This document shows positions 29,878-39,593 of a stretch of 64,000 nucleotides of DNA, piece after piece. Source of the DNA: Nitratiruptor sp. (GTDB lineage: Bacteria > Campylobacterota > Campylobacteria > Campylobacterales > Nitratiruptoraceae); the NCBI GenBank assembly GCA_015494535.1, contig WGBC01000084.1, positions 32,801 through 96,800 of the forward strand, read 5' to 3'. Made by a program: the position numbers and the translations under genes. Every line of letters begins with the position of its first letter. Position 1 is the stretch's first letter. The notes under the pieces were generated by a model. The model was not told the origin of the DNA, did no database searches, and was given only the letters and a program-made list of their open reading frames with translations.

Positions 29878-31614
29878 TTATAGTATACAAAAATTTTCTT
29901 TATACTCTTGAAAAGATATCTCTTTTGTAACCTCTCCATTTTTGAGAAAGAAGAGTTTATCTGCCTCTTGTATAGTACTTGGGCGATGGGCAATGAGAAT
30001 GGTGGTTCGTTGGCGCAGGAACTCTTTTAAATTGCAAAAGATCATCTTTTCCGTTTCCATATCTATAGCGGAAGTAGATTCATCCAGTATCACTACTTTA
30101 GGATCTTGCAAAATCATCCTTGCAATCGCCATGCGCTGTCTCTCACCTCCACTTAGCCTCACGCCATTTCTACCAACTTCTGTCTGCAGCCCATCTGGCA
30201 GCTTCTCTACTATCTCATAAAGCTGGGCCATTTTCAGCGCTCGAGTGATGCGGCTTTGCTCAATCTCTTTGCCAAGAGTGAGATTGAAAAGAATCGTATC
30301 ATTAAAAAGCATAGGCATCTGCAATACCAATGCCACATGCTCTCTTACCACATCGAGCCCGATATCTTTAATGCTCTCACCATTGTAGAAAATATCGCCC
30401 TTTTGCGGCACGTAGAGCCCTACAAGGAGTCTTGATAGCGTGGTTTTACCACTGCCGCTTGCTCCTACCAACGCACTTATCTTTCCTGCAGGTATTTCTA
30501 AATTTATATCTTTTAATATCTCTCTCTGCCCATAAGCAAAGCTCACGTCACAAACCTCGATGGCGATAGGATCTGGCTGGGTAAACGGGTTTTTTAGATG
30601 TGCAAATTTTGGCTCTTTTGCCAATGTGAAGAGCTCATTTATTCGCTGTAGCGCCATATCCGCACTTCTTTTGGCATACTGGATGTTGATAATATCTTGA
30701 ATAGGCGTCATCATAAACCACAAATACCCAAATATCGCCATCATAAGACCAATACTAAGATCGCTATAAGCAACCGCTATGATACCTGCAGCCCTAAATA
30801 CCTCAAACCCACCAACAAACACTAAAAAACTAAGCCTTATACCAGCATCGTTTTTGTAGCTAAACTGAATCGATCTATTTTTAAGCTCTTCTACCAAGTT
30901 TTTGAGTTTGCCAAAGAAATACCCTTCTTTGTTGGCAGCCCTGATCGCCTCAAAAAGCTCAAGCGTCTCTACTAGCGCACTTTGAAAAATTTCAATTGCT
31001 CTATTTTCCTCTTTTTTGAGTTTTGCCACCTTTCTCGCTAGTTTGGTAGAAAAAACAACTACCAAAGGATTGAGAAAGAGAATGAAAAGAGCTAGCTGCC
31101 AATGAATAGTCAAAAGCACGACACTAATGCCAATGAGCGTCAATATAGAGATGAGAAGCTTGCTAATACTTGAACTCAAAAATGTATCGATGGTGTTGAT
31201 ATCGCTCACAAGCCTTGCGGCAACTTTGGCGCTCCCTAGGCTCTCATATTCGCTCATGCTTACTTTTTGCAAATGTTCAAGCACGCTTTCTCGAATACGT
31301 GCGGTAACACTTTTGGCTAAGGTATGAAATATTTTGCTCTGCAAAATATTGAGCCCCACGAAAAGGGCTCTTAGCAAAAGCGTCACTATCAAAACAACAA
31401 GGGTATAAAATAGTGGCGAGCCTGCACCAAAAATGGCATCGATCATATGCACCAAACGGCCTGGCTTTTGCAAAAGCACCTCATCCACAAGCAAAGGCAT
31501 GAGCAAAGGGGTTGGCACACTTGCCAAAACTGCCAAAAGGGCTAAAAGCTGGGCTGTAAAAAAGGCTCGTTTTTGTTTTAAAATAAGAGCGAAGATCTTT
31601 TTCCAGCTATACAT
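29878..31614 (-). CDS. ABC exporter, fused permease/ATP-binding (MdlB-like)
   Basis: N-terminal TM domain; GASGSGKTT, LSGGERQR and LDESTS motifs. Confidence 0.92.
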   Translation of the reverse strand: MYSWKKIFALILKQKRAFFTAQLLALLAVLASVPTPLLMPLLVDEVLLQKPGRLVHMIDAIFGAGSPLFYTLVVLIVTLLLRALFVGLNILQSKIFHTLAKSVTARIRESVLEHLQKVSMSEYESLGSAKVAARLVSDINTIDTFLSSSISKLLISILTLIGISVVLLTIHWQLALFILFLNPLVVVFSTKLARKVAKLKKEENRAIEIFQSALVETLELFEAIRAANKEGYFFGKLKNLVEELKNRSIQFSYKNDAGIRLSFLVFVGGFEVFRAAGIIAVAYSDLSIGLMMAIFGYLWFMMTPIQDIINIQYAKRSADMALQRINELFTLAKEPKFAHLKNPFTQPDPIAIEVCDVSFAYGQREILKDINLEIPAGKISALVGASGSGKTTLSRLLVGLYVPQKGDIFYNGESIKDIGLDVVREHVALVLQMPMLFNDTILFNLTLGKEIEQSRITRALKMAQLYEIVEKLPDGLQTEVGRNGVRLSGGERQRMAIARMILQDPKVVILDESTSAIDMETEKMIFCNLKEFLRQRTTILIAHRPSTIQEADKLFFLKNGEVTKEISFQEYKENFCIL

Positions 31615-32704
31615 CAAACTCTTTTTCTTTAAAAACTCTCATCTCATTTGGCAATCCCATCTTTTTAGCCATCTTTGGCTGGACTTTATAGATTCCAAAA
31701 ATCACTTTCACTTTGTCACCCTTTTGCAGCCCAATACCAAAATCTATATCTCTTTTCTCATTGGCTTTGAGCATCGTGTCTTTGATGACACGATTTGCTA
31801 CCCAAGGAGGAGTTGGCTTGCCATTTTTACCTATAACTCGCACAAAACTCTTTTCAAAGCGCTTTATCTCCTTGCCATTTCTGCTCACTATTACAATAAG
31901 CTTTGCCATACGCAATGGATGGAGCAAAAAAGCGTGCGGGGCTTTGTTGTGTAGAGTAAGCGTGAGAGGATGGGTGCTTTTTAGATCGATAGTCAAATAT
32001 TGATTTAGCATTTTTGCGCCCCTGCTTACTCCTGCAAACCCATGGTAAGCGTGCGTTGGCGTCTCTACTCTATCGCTGAGGCTTCCTTCGATTTGGGGCA
32101 TATGGCAGGTGATGCAGTTTTGCTTGAGCGTATTGTTACTCTCAGTCCTACACACCACAAAGCCGTGATCGTTTTGTTTGTGAGAGTGGCATCCTAAGCA
32201 AGTATCGCCATTTTTGTGGATGATGTTGCTATTGTCTATTTTGTGGTATTCGCTGCGAATTTTTGGATTTCTCGTGCCATAATAGAGACCCTTTTTGGGT
32301 GAAATGATGTTGCGGTTTGCTTTGGCATGCTTCGCAATTCGCTCAATTCTATGGCAATAGGCGCAAGAGATTGCCTCATGGTAACCAAACGCTTTGGGAT
32401 CCATCTTGTCTATTGCTCTATCTTTTACTATCGGTGCATGGCACTTGGCACATTTATACTCTTTCTCGCCATTGGCTTTTGCATGCATTTTCGCTATTTT
32501 GGCATGGATCTTGTCTCGAAATGGAGTAGAATTGAAATGTGATGAAGATTTATACTCCTCATAAATATCTAAATGGCAGCGAATGCACTGATGGGTTTTG
32601 GCATATTCGCCCTTGATATCCATTGAGTGCTTGGTCGCACTCCCTGCGAAGATATTGGCAAAAGCTGCTAGAGCACCAAAAAGCAATAGCGAAATCCCTC
32701 TCAT
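31607..32704 (-). CDS. Periplasmic pentaheme c-type cytochrome (c554-like N-terminus plus beta C-terminal domain)
   Basis: Signal peptide; five CxxCH motifs: CIRCH, CAKCH, CAYCH, CLGCH, CITCH. Confidence 0.88.
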   Translation of the reverse strand: MRGISLLLFGALAAFANIFAGSATKHSMDIKGEYAKTHQCIRCHLDIYEEYKSSSHFNSTPFRDKIHAKIAKMHAKANGEKEYKCAKCHAPIVKDRAIDKMDPKAFGYHEAISCAYCHRIERIAKHAKANRNIISPKKGLYYGTRNPKIRSEYHKIDNSNIIHKNGDTCLGCHSHKQNDHGFVVCRTESNNTLKQNCITCHMPQIEGSLSDRVETPTHAYHGFAGVSRGAKMLNQYLTIDLKSTHPLTLTLHNKAPHAFLLHPLRMAKLIVIVSRNGKEIKRFEKSFVRVIGKNGKPTPPWVANRVIKDTMLKANEKRDIDFGIGLQKGDKVKVIFGIYKVQPKMAKKMGLPNEMRVFKEKEFDV

Positions 32705-33609
32705 TTTTCATCCTTACAAAGTTCTTGTAGTGTTATTTCCGCGCTTCGCGCCAAAGAGTCAAGATTATATCCTCCCTCAAGCAAAAAGGCTACCGGTTTA
32801 CTACCAGCAAAATCCAAAATTTTTGTTATAAGTCTTCTTAACCCATCAAAGCTAATCTGCGCGGTGGAGATCGTCTCATCCGCCATCAAATCATACCCAG
32901 CGCTTACCAATACTATATCAAAATCAAACCACTCGGGAAGATCATCATAAAGTCGCAAAAGTTCCTCATCGCTACAAAAGTCACCATAGGGACGGTTGAT
33001 ATTGTAGCCTTTACCCCTGCCCTCTCCTATCTCCTCCTCGCTTCCCGTAAAGTAGGGGTAGTTGTTGCGTTCATGAGTGCTAAAAAAGCAGACGCTATCA
33101 TCGCTGTAAAAAATATCTTGCGTGCCGTTGCCATGATGCACGTCAAAGTCTATTATCATCACCTTTTCAAAACCTCTTTGCTGGGCATAGCGCGCCATAA
33201 AGGCAATATTGTTGAAGATGCAAAAGCCCTGTCCCGTTTTGTATTCGGCATGGTGTCCGGGCGGGCGGATATTGAGGAATGCCCTCTTGATTTCGCCTTT
33301 TGCAAACGCATCGATGATAGGCTTGGTAGATCCTGCGGCAAAGCTTGCCACCTCGAAGCTCTTGGGCGTTAGTAGCGTGTCTTCGTTGAGAATGAAGCGA
33401 TAACCCTCTTCGTAAGCGCGCTCCACCCAATCTACATAGTGCGATGCATGAATGGTATGAAGCTCTTCTTTGCTAGCTTGCACCACAGGATAACGTATCA
33501 AAGGAAAGCTGCTTGCTATCTCATTGATTCGCTCTACCCGCAAGCGGTTTTCTATATGCTCATCACTCCCATGCAGCGTAAAGATGGGATCATACACATA
33601 GCCTACCAT
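32701..33609 (-). CDS. Histone deacetylase superfamily Zn amidohydrolase (AcuC/AphA-like)
   Basis: RPPGHHA, GFCIFNN, DFDVHHGNGTQ, SAGYD and LEGGY motifs; ATG 33609 follows AGGAG. Confidence 0.92.
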   Translation of the reverse strand: MVGYVYDPIFTLHGSDEHIENRLRVERINEIASSFPLIRYPVVQASKEELHTIHASHYVDWVERAYEEGYRFILNEDTLLTPKSFEVASFAAGSTKPIIDAFAKGEIKRAFLNIRPPGHHAEYKTGQGFCIFNNIAFMARYAQQRGFEKVMIIDFDVHHGNGTQDIFYSDDSVCFFSTHERNNYPYFTGSEEEIGEGRGKGYNINRPYGDFCSDEELLRLYDDLPEWFDFDIVLVSAGYDLMADETISTAQISFDGLRRLITKILDFAGSKPVAFLLEGGYNLDSLARSAEITLQELCKDEK

Positions 33610-33617
33610 TTTTACTC

Positions 33618-34187
33618 CTAAAGAATAGGAAAGATCCACCCCTCCACAAAGCATCCTTTGGCCGGGTAGATGGTTTTATGTTGGCTAATCTTTTTGGCGC
33701 CAAAGGCTGCCGCATAGGCATCGTTGATATGGGGATCTTCTGAAAAATTTATACCATATTTTTGCTTAATCTGCTTTGGATAGACTTCAAAGAGTTTGCA
33801 CCCAAGTCTTCGCTGCAAATCGATGGCGCGTGCCGTAATCCTCCCAATCCTATCGCCAACGGGAGGCATAGGGCGCAGGCCAAAGGTTTTGCAGATAAAG
33901 TAGTCCGTTTCTCTAAAAAGATATGGATTTGTGATCTCTCCCTCGTTGAGATTTTCCAAAAAACTCTTAAAAGTTGGATCATAGAGTTTGCGTGGTATTG
34001 ATAGAGGTGCGTCGATGGCTATGATGTCCGGTCGCATACTTTCAATTAGGTAACTGAGGGTTTGGTTGCACTTGCTATATGGCTGCTTGGCGACACGCAT
34101 ACTTTTTACTACTTTTTCATCTTCCAAAAGCACCAATGCCGTATTATTGCCAGCACAGCCTCCTAGATCTATACCCAAATAGCGCAT
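33618..34187 (-). CDS. DUF429 family RNase H-like fold protein
   Basis: YLGIDLGG, AIDAPL, RETD, FEVYP, DAYAAA and EGWIF motifs. Confidence 0.8.
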   Translation of the reverse strand: MRYLGIDLGGCAGNNTALVLLEDEKVVKSMRVAKQPYSKCNQTLSYLIESMRPDIIAIDAPLSIPRKLYDPTFKSFLENLNEGEITNPYLFRETDYFICKTFGLRPMPPVGDRIGRITARAIDLQRRLGCKLFEVYPKQIKQKYGINFSEDPHINDAYAAAFGAKKISQHKTIYPAKGCFVEGWIFPIL

Positions 34188-35113
34188 CACATATTTCTAT
34201 AAATATCAATAAGAGCCTCTACGAAAGCATCGCTATCGTTGAGGCATGACACGACTTTGTACTCCTGCAAGCCCAAACCCTTTGCGATCTCTTTGTATTC
34301 AATATGCAATTCAAACTCCGTCTCGCTATTATCAAGCACGAAAGAGAGTGGATAGACAAGTACCCTCTTGCCTTTCATCTCTTGCAGTTTCTCCTCCAAG
34401 CTTGGCTCAAGCCATTTCACTGGACCAAGCTTTGATTGAAAAGCCAAATGGTAAGAGCTAAATCTATCACCTAGTAAATTTGATAGGATTTTTACATGTT
34501 CTTGGATCTCTTGCAGATAGGGATCGCCTCTATCAACAATCTTTTGCGGCAGAGAGTGCGCGCTAAAGATGAGTTCATACTCTTGCGTGTTATCTACGCT
34601 TTGCATAATCTGCTGCACAATCGCTTCATTGAAAAGAGAATGTTCGTAAAAGTTTGCGATATCGTGAAACCTGGCATGAAAACCAAGCCCTTTGGCGGTA
34701 TTGTAGAAATCCTCGAGACTCGATTTGGTTGTGGTGGTGGAGTAGTGAGGATAGAGAGGTAAGAGAAAGACCTCTTTGATATTTCTGGCAATCATCTCCT
34801 TGATGGTATCCTTTGCAAATGGGGGAGTATAGCGCATCGCAAAGGTAACATAGGTATCTACAAGCTGGTATTGGAGTTTTTTTACAAGCTTTTGGGTATG
34901 CATTACCAAAGGGCTTTTGCCACCAAGCGCTTCATAGCTCTTTTTTGCCTCACTCTTGCGCATAGTAGTGATCATGAAAGCTACGAAGCGGCGCAGCAGC
35001 TGGCCTTTTATTGGTAAAATATTCTCATCCCGAAACATATTTTTTAAAAAAACCTCTACCTCTTGCAAATTATTGGGTCCACCCATATTTAAAAGAATTA
35101 GTGCTTTATGCAT
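34187..35113 (-). CDS. hemH: Ferrochelatase
   Basis: LLNMGGP, GGKSPL, PLYPHYS, FSAHSLP, FQSKLGP and DNSET motifs; ATG at 35113. Confidence 0.95.
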   Translation of the reverse strand: MHKALILLNMGGPNNLQEVEVFLKNMFRDENILPIKGQLLRRFVAFMITTMRKSEAKKSYEALGGKSPLVMHTQKLVKKLQYQLVDTYVTFAMRYTPPFAKDTIKEMIARNIKEVFLLPLYPHYSTTTTKSSLEDFYNTAKGLGFHARFHDIANFYEHSLFNEAIVQQIMQSVDNTQEYELIFSAHSLPQKIVDRGDPYLQEIQEHVKILSNLLGDRFSSYHLAFQSKLGPVKWLEPSLEEKLQEMKGKRVLVYPLSFVLDNSETEFELHIEYKEIAKGLGLQEYKVVSCLNDSDAFVEALIDIYRNM

Positions 35114-36131
35114 TGCCGTTCCTTCTTCGATAGCGTATGTAGTAGCGCGCAACATCCAGATCTTTTGGCAAAGCCTCATTAAAAAGTAGATGCCTTGCCA
35201 AAAGATTGGCAGCGTATGGCCCAAAGACAAAACCTCTGCCGCCAAACCCGTTGATGATGGCTATATCTCTTCTGGGAAGTGGCTCTTTTTTATAATTTTT
35301 AATCTCTTTTGCTTTTACAAAATCCACCAGAAAGCCTAAGATTGGAAGATGATCGTTCACACTGCTTCTAACCCCGCAATACATCTGATGCAATCTATAT
35401 TCATACTCTCCCACCATCTTTTTAGCCTCTTCGAAAAGCATAGATGGAGGCTGCGCAGGGCGGTTTGCTCTATTGTGCGTAGCGCCAATGGCCACAATGC
35501 CGTCGATATTGGCTGAGATGGAAATCTTTTTGTGCATGGAGTAAGGCAATTTCAGGGATGTTTGCAGATCAAATCTCACCCCTGCAAGCTTTCCAATTGA
35601 AATACTTACATCATCAATGAGTCTATCATCCGCACCTGTAGCAAGAACTATTTTTTTGGCTTTGAGGTTGCCGACCTCGAAATAGTCCTCTCTTTTTTCG
35701 ATCGTAGCATCGAAATAGTAACAATTAAAATTTTGCGCCAAAGTTAAGAGATGCTCCTTGGCTTTGACTAACCCAGCCTCTGGAAAGAAAAACCCCCCAT
35801 CTCTTCGCTCGTACGACACGTCTAAAAATGGCTCATAAATGCTAAAATCTTCCCCCTCTTTTGGGAGTCTCAAAAGCCCTGTTTGATAAAAGTAATTCGA
35901 TCTTTTGTAAAAATCGAGACAAAAGCGAAAAGCCTCATTAGTATAGCGCTGGATAGGTCCACCTTTGCCAAGCCTAGGAGTTACAAAAGCCCCCGCAGCC
36001 CCACTTCCACCAGCCGCAATCTCGGCTCGCTCCACCAGAGCCACCTTTGCACCGTACTTGTGCAAGAAATAGGCGGCGTGCACCCCGGCACTGCCACCTC
36101 CAATCACGATAAAATCATACACATCACACAC
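35106..36131 (-). CDS. FAD-dependent oxidoreductase, MnmC C-terminal (MnmC1)-like / DAO family
   Basis: IGGGSAG Rossmann motif; GGSGAAGA, GATH, GVRS..DHLP and GFGGRG. Confidence 0.75.
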   Translation of the reverse strand: MCDVYDFIVIGGGSAGVHAAYFLHKYGAKVALVERAEIAAGGSGAAGAFVTPRLGKGGPIQRYTNEAFRFCLDFYKRSNYFYQTGLLRLPKEGEDFSIYEPFLDVSYERRDGGFFFPEAGLVKAKEHLLTLAQNFNCYYFDATIEKREDYFEVGNLKAKKIVLATGADDRLIDDVSISIGKLAGVRFDLQTSLKLPYSMHKKISISANIDGIVAIGATHNRANRPAQPPSMLFEEAKKMVGEYEYRLHQMYCGVRSSVNDHLPILGFLVDFVKAKEIKNYKKEPLPRRDIAIINGFGGRGFVFGPYAANLLARHLLFNEALPKDLDVARYYIRYRRRNGNA

Positions 36132-38166
36132 TTATCTCTTTGATGTCGGCTATGCTTTTGAACTCTTTGTAGATTGAAGCTATGAGATCTTTTCTATTTT
36201 TTCTCAGTCTCTCATCCTCCACGTTCACAAGCACATTGTCAAAGAAGAGATCGATTTTGTGCTTGAGCCCAAAGAGAGCATCCAATTTGCTCTCATAATC
36301 GCTATACTCTTTGGATTTCACTTGTAAAAAAGCTTCCCAAAGATTTCGCTCTTCATCCTTTTCAAAAAGGCTCTCATCCACCGCTATGCTATTTAAATCC
36401 GCATCCTTGACGATATTAGCCACACGCTTGAACGTAGTGAAGATCTCTTTAAAGTCGCTGCTCTGAACAATCGAAGCCAAAGCCTCGATCTTTTTATCGA
36501 TCTCCACCAAATCCCTCTCGCCGCTATCGATCACCGCCTTGATGATGGATGGATTGTAGTCGTAGAATTGATAGAGCCTCTCGATAAAGAACTCCTCCAA
36601 TATCTTCGTATCAAACTCTTTGTATTCATCCTTGAGCTGAGTAAAGACTGTGGCGAGATTGAATGGCAGCTGGTAAGAGAGCACTATTTTTATTACTCCA
36701 ATCACTGCGCGCCTGAGAGCAAAAGGATCTTTTGAACCCGTCGGGATCTTGCCCACGCTAAAAAGCGCCATCAAAGTATCGAGCTTTACGCTCATAGCAA
36801 TAAGAGCGCTAAAAAGAGTGCTAGGCAAAGGGGAGTCTTCAGAGCTAGGCAGATACTGCTCCTTGATTGCCAAAGCTACAAGTTCATCCTCTCCTTGGGC
36901 CAAAGCGTAGTAGTAGCCCATGATTCCTTGCAGCTCCGTAAACTCATATACCATCTCCGTCAAGAGATCTGCTTTGGAGAGCATAATAGCTCGCTCAATC
37001 AAAGCTTTTGCCTCGCCCTCTTCCTTGCCACTTGTTTTAACGAGAGCCTCTTTATACTCTTCAAAAAGTTTTTGGGCAATTTTGAGCTCTCGAAGCTCTT
37101 TATCGAATATGCTTCCTAGCCCATCCATGAAAATGATCTCTTTGAGCCCCTCAAAATCCAAGCCTTTGGCAAGATCGTTTTTCCAAAAGAAAAGGGCATC
37201 TGAGAGTCTAGCTTTAAGCACCCTCTCATTGCCTTTAATAATTGGAGTAAAATCATCAGTGTAGGCGTTGCTTACCACTACAAAGCTATTTTGTAATTTC
37301 TCCTCTTTAAAAGTTGGAAAGTAGCGCTGATGCTCCTTCATACTAGTAATTATAACTTCAGGGGGCAGCTGCAAAAACTCCTTATCAAAATTTCCCAATA
37401 AAGCTGTCGGAAACTCAGTAATTGCTACTACTTCGCCTAAAAGCTCGCTATCTTTATCGATTGTTATGCCTTTGGTCTCAATATTTGCAAACTCATTCTC
37501 AATCTTTTCATACCTTGCATCCTCGAACAAAATCACGCCACCACTTTTGAGTCTATCAAAATACTCTTTTATTCCCTCAACTTTTACCGGCTCCAAGCTC
37601 ACGCTTCTATGCAGAAAGGTACAATTGCTTGAGGCAATGCCATAGAGCTTGGCTTCTATAAACTCTTTGCCAAGGATTATAAGCGCCCAGCGAATGGGGC
37701 GGATAAACTCCTCTTTGAGATCTCCCCAGCGCATCGACTTGCCGAAATCCAGAGATTTCAGCCATTTTACAATCATCTCGGGCAGTATCTCTTTGGCTTC
37801 TTTTGACGGAATCTCTTTTTTGTAGTAGAGGATCTCCTTCTCACCTCTTTTCGTCCTGCCAAGATCCTCTACGCTCACGCCGCACTTTCTCGCAAAGCCC
37901 TCTGCAGCTTTTGTAGGTTTGCCATCTTTAAATGCAATCTCCACAGGTGCTCCGAAAAACTCCTCATACCTTACCGGCTGGCTTGTTGGAAACTCTGGAT
38001 GCCAAAGGACTAAGCGCCTTGGGGTATAATAGAAATAAAATTCAGATTCAAGTGAATATTCATCCAAAATCTTTTGCCACTTCTTCTCAATATTTGGCAA
38101 CTCTTTCAAAAAAGGGATGGCGGGAAGCTCCTCCACACCTATTTCTATGAGCAGTGGTTGCAGCAT
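36124..38166 (-). CDS. glyS: Glycyl-tRNA synthetase beta subunit
   Basis: EIGVEELP, TPRRL, HQRYF, KGNERVL, EFTELQGIMG and GSKDPFALRR motifs. Confidence 0.97.
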   Translation of the reverse strand: MLQPLLIEIGVEELPAIPFLKELPNIEKKWQKILDEYSLESEFYFYYTPRRLVLWHPEFPTSQPVRYEEFFGAPVEIAFKDGKPTKAAEGFARKCGVSVEDLGRTKRGEKEILYYKKEIPSKEAKEILPEMIVKWLKSLDFGKSMRWGDLKEEFIRPIRWALIILGKEFIEAKLYGIASSNCTFLHRSVSLEPVKVEGIKEYFDRLKSGGVILFEDARYEKIENEFANIETKGITIDKDSELLGEVVAITEFPTALLGNFDKEFLQLPPEVIITSMKEHQRYFPTFKEEKLQNSFVVVSNAYTDDFTPIIKGNERVLKARLSDALFFWKNDLAKGLDFEGLKEIIFMDGLGSIFDKELRELKIAQKLFEEYKEALVKTSGKEEGEAKALIERAIMLSKADLLTEMVYEFTELQGIMGYYYALAQGEDELVALAIKEQYLPSSEDSPLPSTLFSALIAMSVKLDTLMALFSVGKIPTGSKDPFALRRAVIGVIKIVLSYQLPFNLATVFTQLKDEYKEFDTKILEEFFIERLYQFYDYNPSIIKAVIDSGERDLVEIDKKIEALASIVQSSDFKEIFTTFKRVANIVKDADLNSIAVDESLFEKDEERNLWEAFLQVKSKEYSDYESKLDALFGLKHKIDLFFDNVLVNVEDERLRKNRKDLIASIYKEFKSIADIKEISV

Positions 38167-38191
38167 ACCTATCCTTTAATGGTTTGTGAAA

Positions 38192-38305
38192 TTATAGCTT
38201 ATCTCCTCGCTTATGGTGCCCTTTTTGATGGTGATAGCCTACAATCAGCCAGATCATAAAGAGCACAAAAAGGCTAAGCACTATATAATCGATTATTTCT
38301 TTCAT
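38192..38305 (-). CDS. Small single-TM protein with His-rich tail (37 aa), below the ORF-track cutoff
   Basis: MKEIIDYIVLSLFVLFMIWLIVGYHHQKGHHKRGDKL; ATG overlaps the trmL TGA (ATGA). Confidence 0.6.
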   Translation of the reverse strand: MKEIIDYIVLSLFVLFMIWLIVGYHHQKGHHKRGDKL

Positions 38306-38760
38306 ACAAACGCTCCAAAATTTTGTCTAATCGCCTCATACAAAATAATCCCAACACTCACAGCTAGATTCAGGCTTCTGCCCTCTTTGCTCATTGGGAT
38401 TTTCACCGCATGATCCCATTTTCTTTGCATGAGGTCCAGTGGCAACCCTTTGGTTTCGCTACCAAAAACCAAAAAATCCCCCGGCTTGTAGGATACTTCA
38501 AAGTAATTCTTCTTTGCCTTGGTAGTGGCAAAATAGCATCTACTCAGATCCACATTCGTGACAAATTCCTCCAAACTCTCCCAGATTTTAAGATCGAGTT
38601 TGTGCCAATAATCAAGACCAGCTCTTTTTACGGCTTTATCGCTAATATCAAAGCCAAGGGGCTTGACAAGATGCAAAGTTGAACCCGTATTGACGCAAAG
38701 TCTGCCAATATTACCCGTGTTTGGCGGGATTTTGGGATGAACAAGGACAACGTTAAACAT
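38302..38760 (-). CDS. trmL: tRNA (cytidine/uridine-34-2'-O)-methyltransferase TrmL
   Basis: IPPNTGNIGRLC, RAGLDYW, FGSETKGL and RSLNLA motifs. Confidence 0.94.
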   Translation of the reverse strand: MFNVVLVHPKIPPNTGNIGRLCVNTGSTLHLVKPLGFDISDKAVKRAGLDYWHKLDLKIWESLEEFVTNVDLSRCYFATTKAKKNYFEVSYKPGDFLVFGSETKGLPLDLMQRKWDHAVKIPMSKEGRSLNLAVSVGIILYEAIRQNFGAFV

Positions 38761-39593
38761 CAAAAGATCACTGTTTTGTTGGCATAAACGAAAATACGAT
38801 CTTCTAAGGCTAACTGCAACGCTCTTGCAAGCACAACTTTCTCCACATCAGCTCCCGCTTTTTTCATCTGCCGCCATGAAAAGGTATGATCCACCCTTAT
38901 TACATCTTGAGCAATGATTGGGCCTTCATCTAGATTGTTATTGACAAAGTGGGCAGTGGCTCCGATGATTTTGACTCCCCTATCATAGGCTTGTTTGTAA
39001 GGATTTGCTCCTATGAAAGCTGGTAAGAAAGAGTGATGTATATTGATGATTTTGTTTTCAAACTTTTGCACGAAATTTGGGGTGAGGATACGCATATATT
39101 TGGCCAAAACTATATAATCGATATCTTCGAAATCATCGAGCAATTTTAAAATCTTCTCTTCATGCTCGCTTCTTGTGAGATTATCGTGCGAGACATGGTA
39201 GTATGGCAGATCAAAGCGCTCCACCAGCGGGCGCAGGGTGTCGTAGTTAGAGATTACGCCTAAGATATTGGCCTCAAGCTCACCATCGAAATGGCGTATC
39301 AAAATATCACCCAATACATGGCTCTCCTTGGTAGCCATGAGCAAGATATTCTTCTTTTTTGGCACGATGACGCGAATGTTTGCGTTTGGTAAAGCTTGTT
39401 TAAGATCCTCTAGCAGCTTATCTCTCTCTATCTCGCCCCTCACCACGCTTCGCATGAAAAACTTGTTGTTTTCGCTATCCACAAATTCATCGTTGCGCTC
39501 GATATTCAGGTCGTTTTCAAAGAAGATTTTCGAGATGGTAAAGACCAAGCCCTTTTGGTCCTCGCAATCGATTAAAACTCTGTAACTTCGCAT
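38760..39593 (-). CDS. purU: Formyltetrahydrofolate deformylase
   Basis: N-terminal ACT domain; LAKYMRIL, NIHHSFLPAF, GATAHFV and LDEGPII motifs. Confidence 0.96.
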   Translation of the reverse strand: MRSYRVLIDCEDQKGLVFTISKIFFENDLNIERNDEFVDSENNKFFMRSVVRGEIERDKLLEDLKQALPNANIRVIVPKKKNILLMATKESHVLGDILIRHFDGELEANILGVISNYDTLRPLVERFDLPYYHVSHDNLTRSEHEEKILKLLDDFEDIDYIVLAKYMRILTPNFVQKFENKIINIHHSFLPAFIGANPYKQAYDRGVKIIGATAHFVNNNLDEGPIIAQDVIRVDHTFSWRQMKKAGADVEKVVLARALQLALEDRIFVYANKTVIF

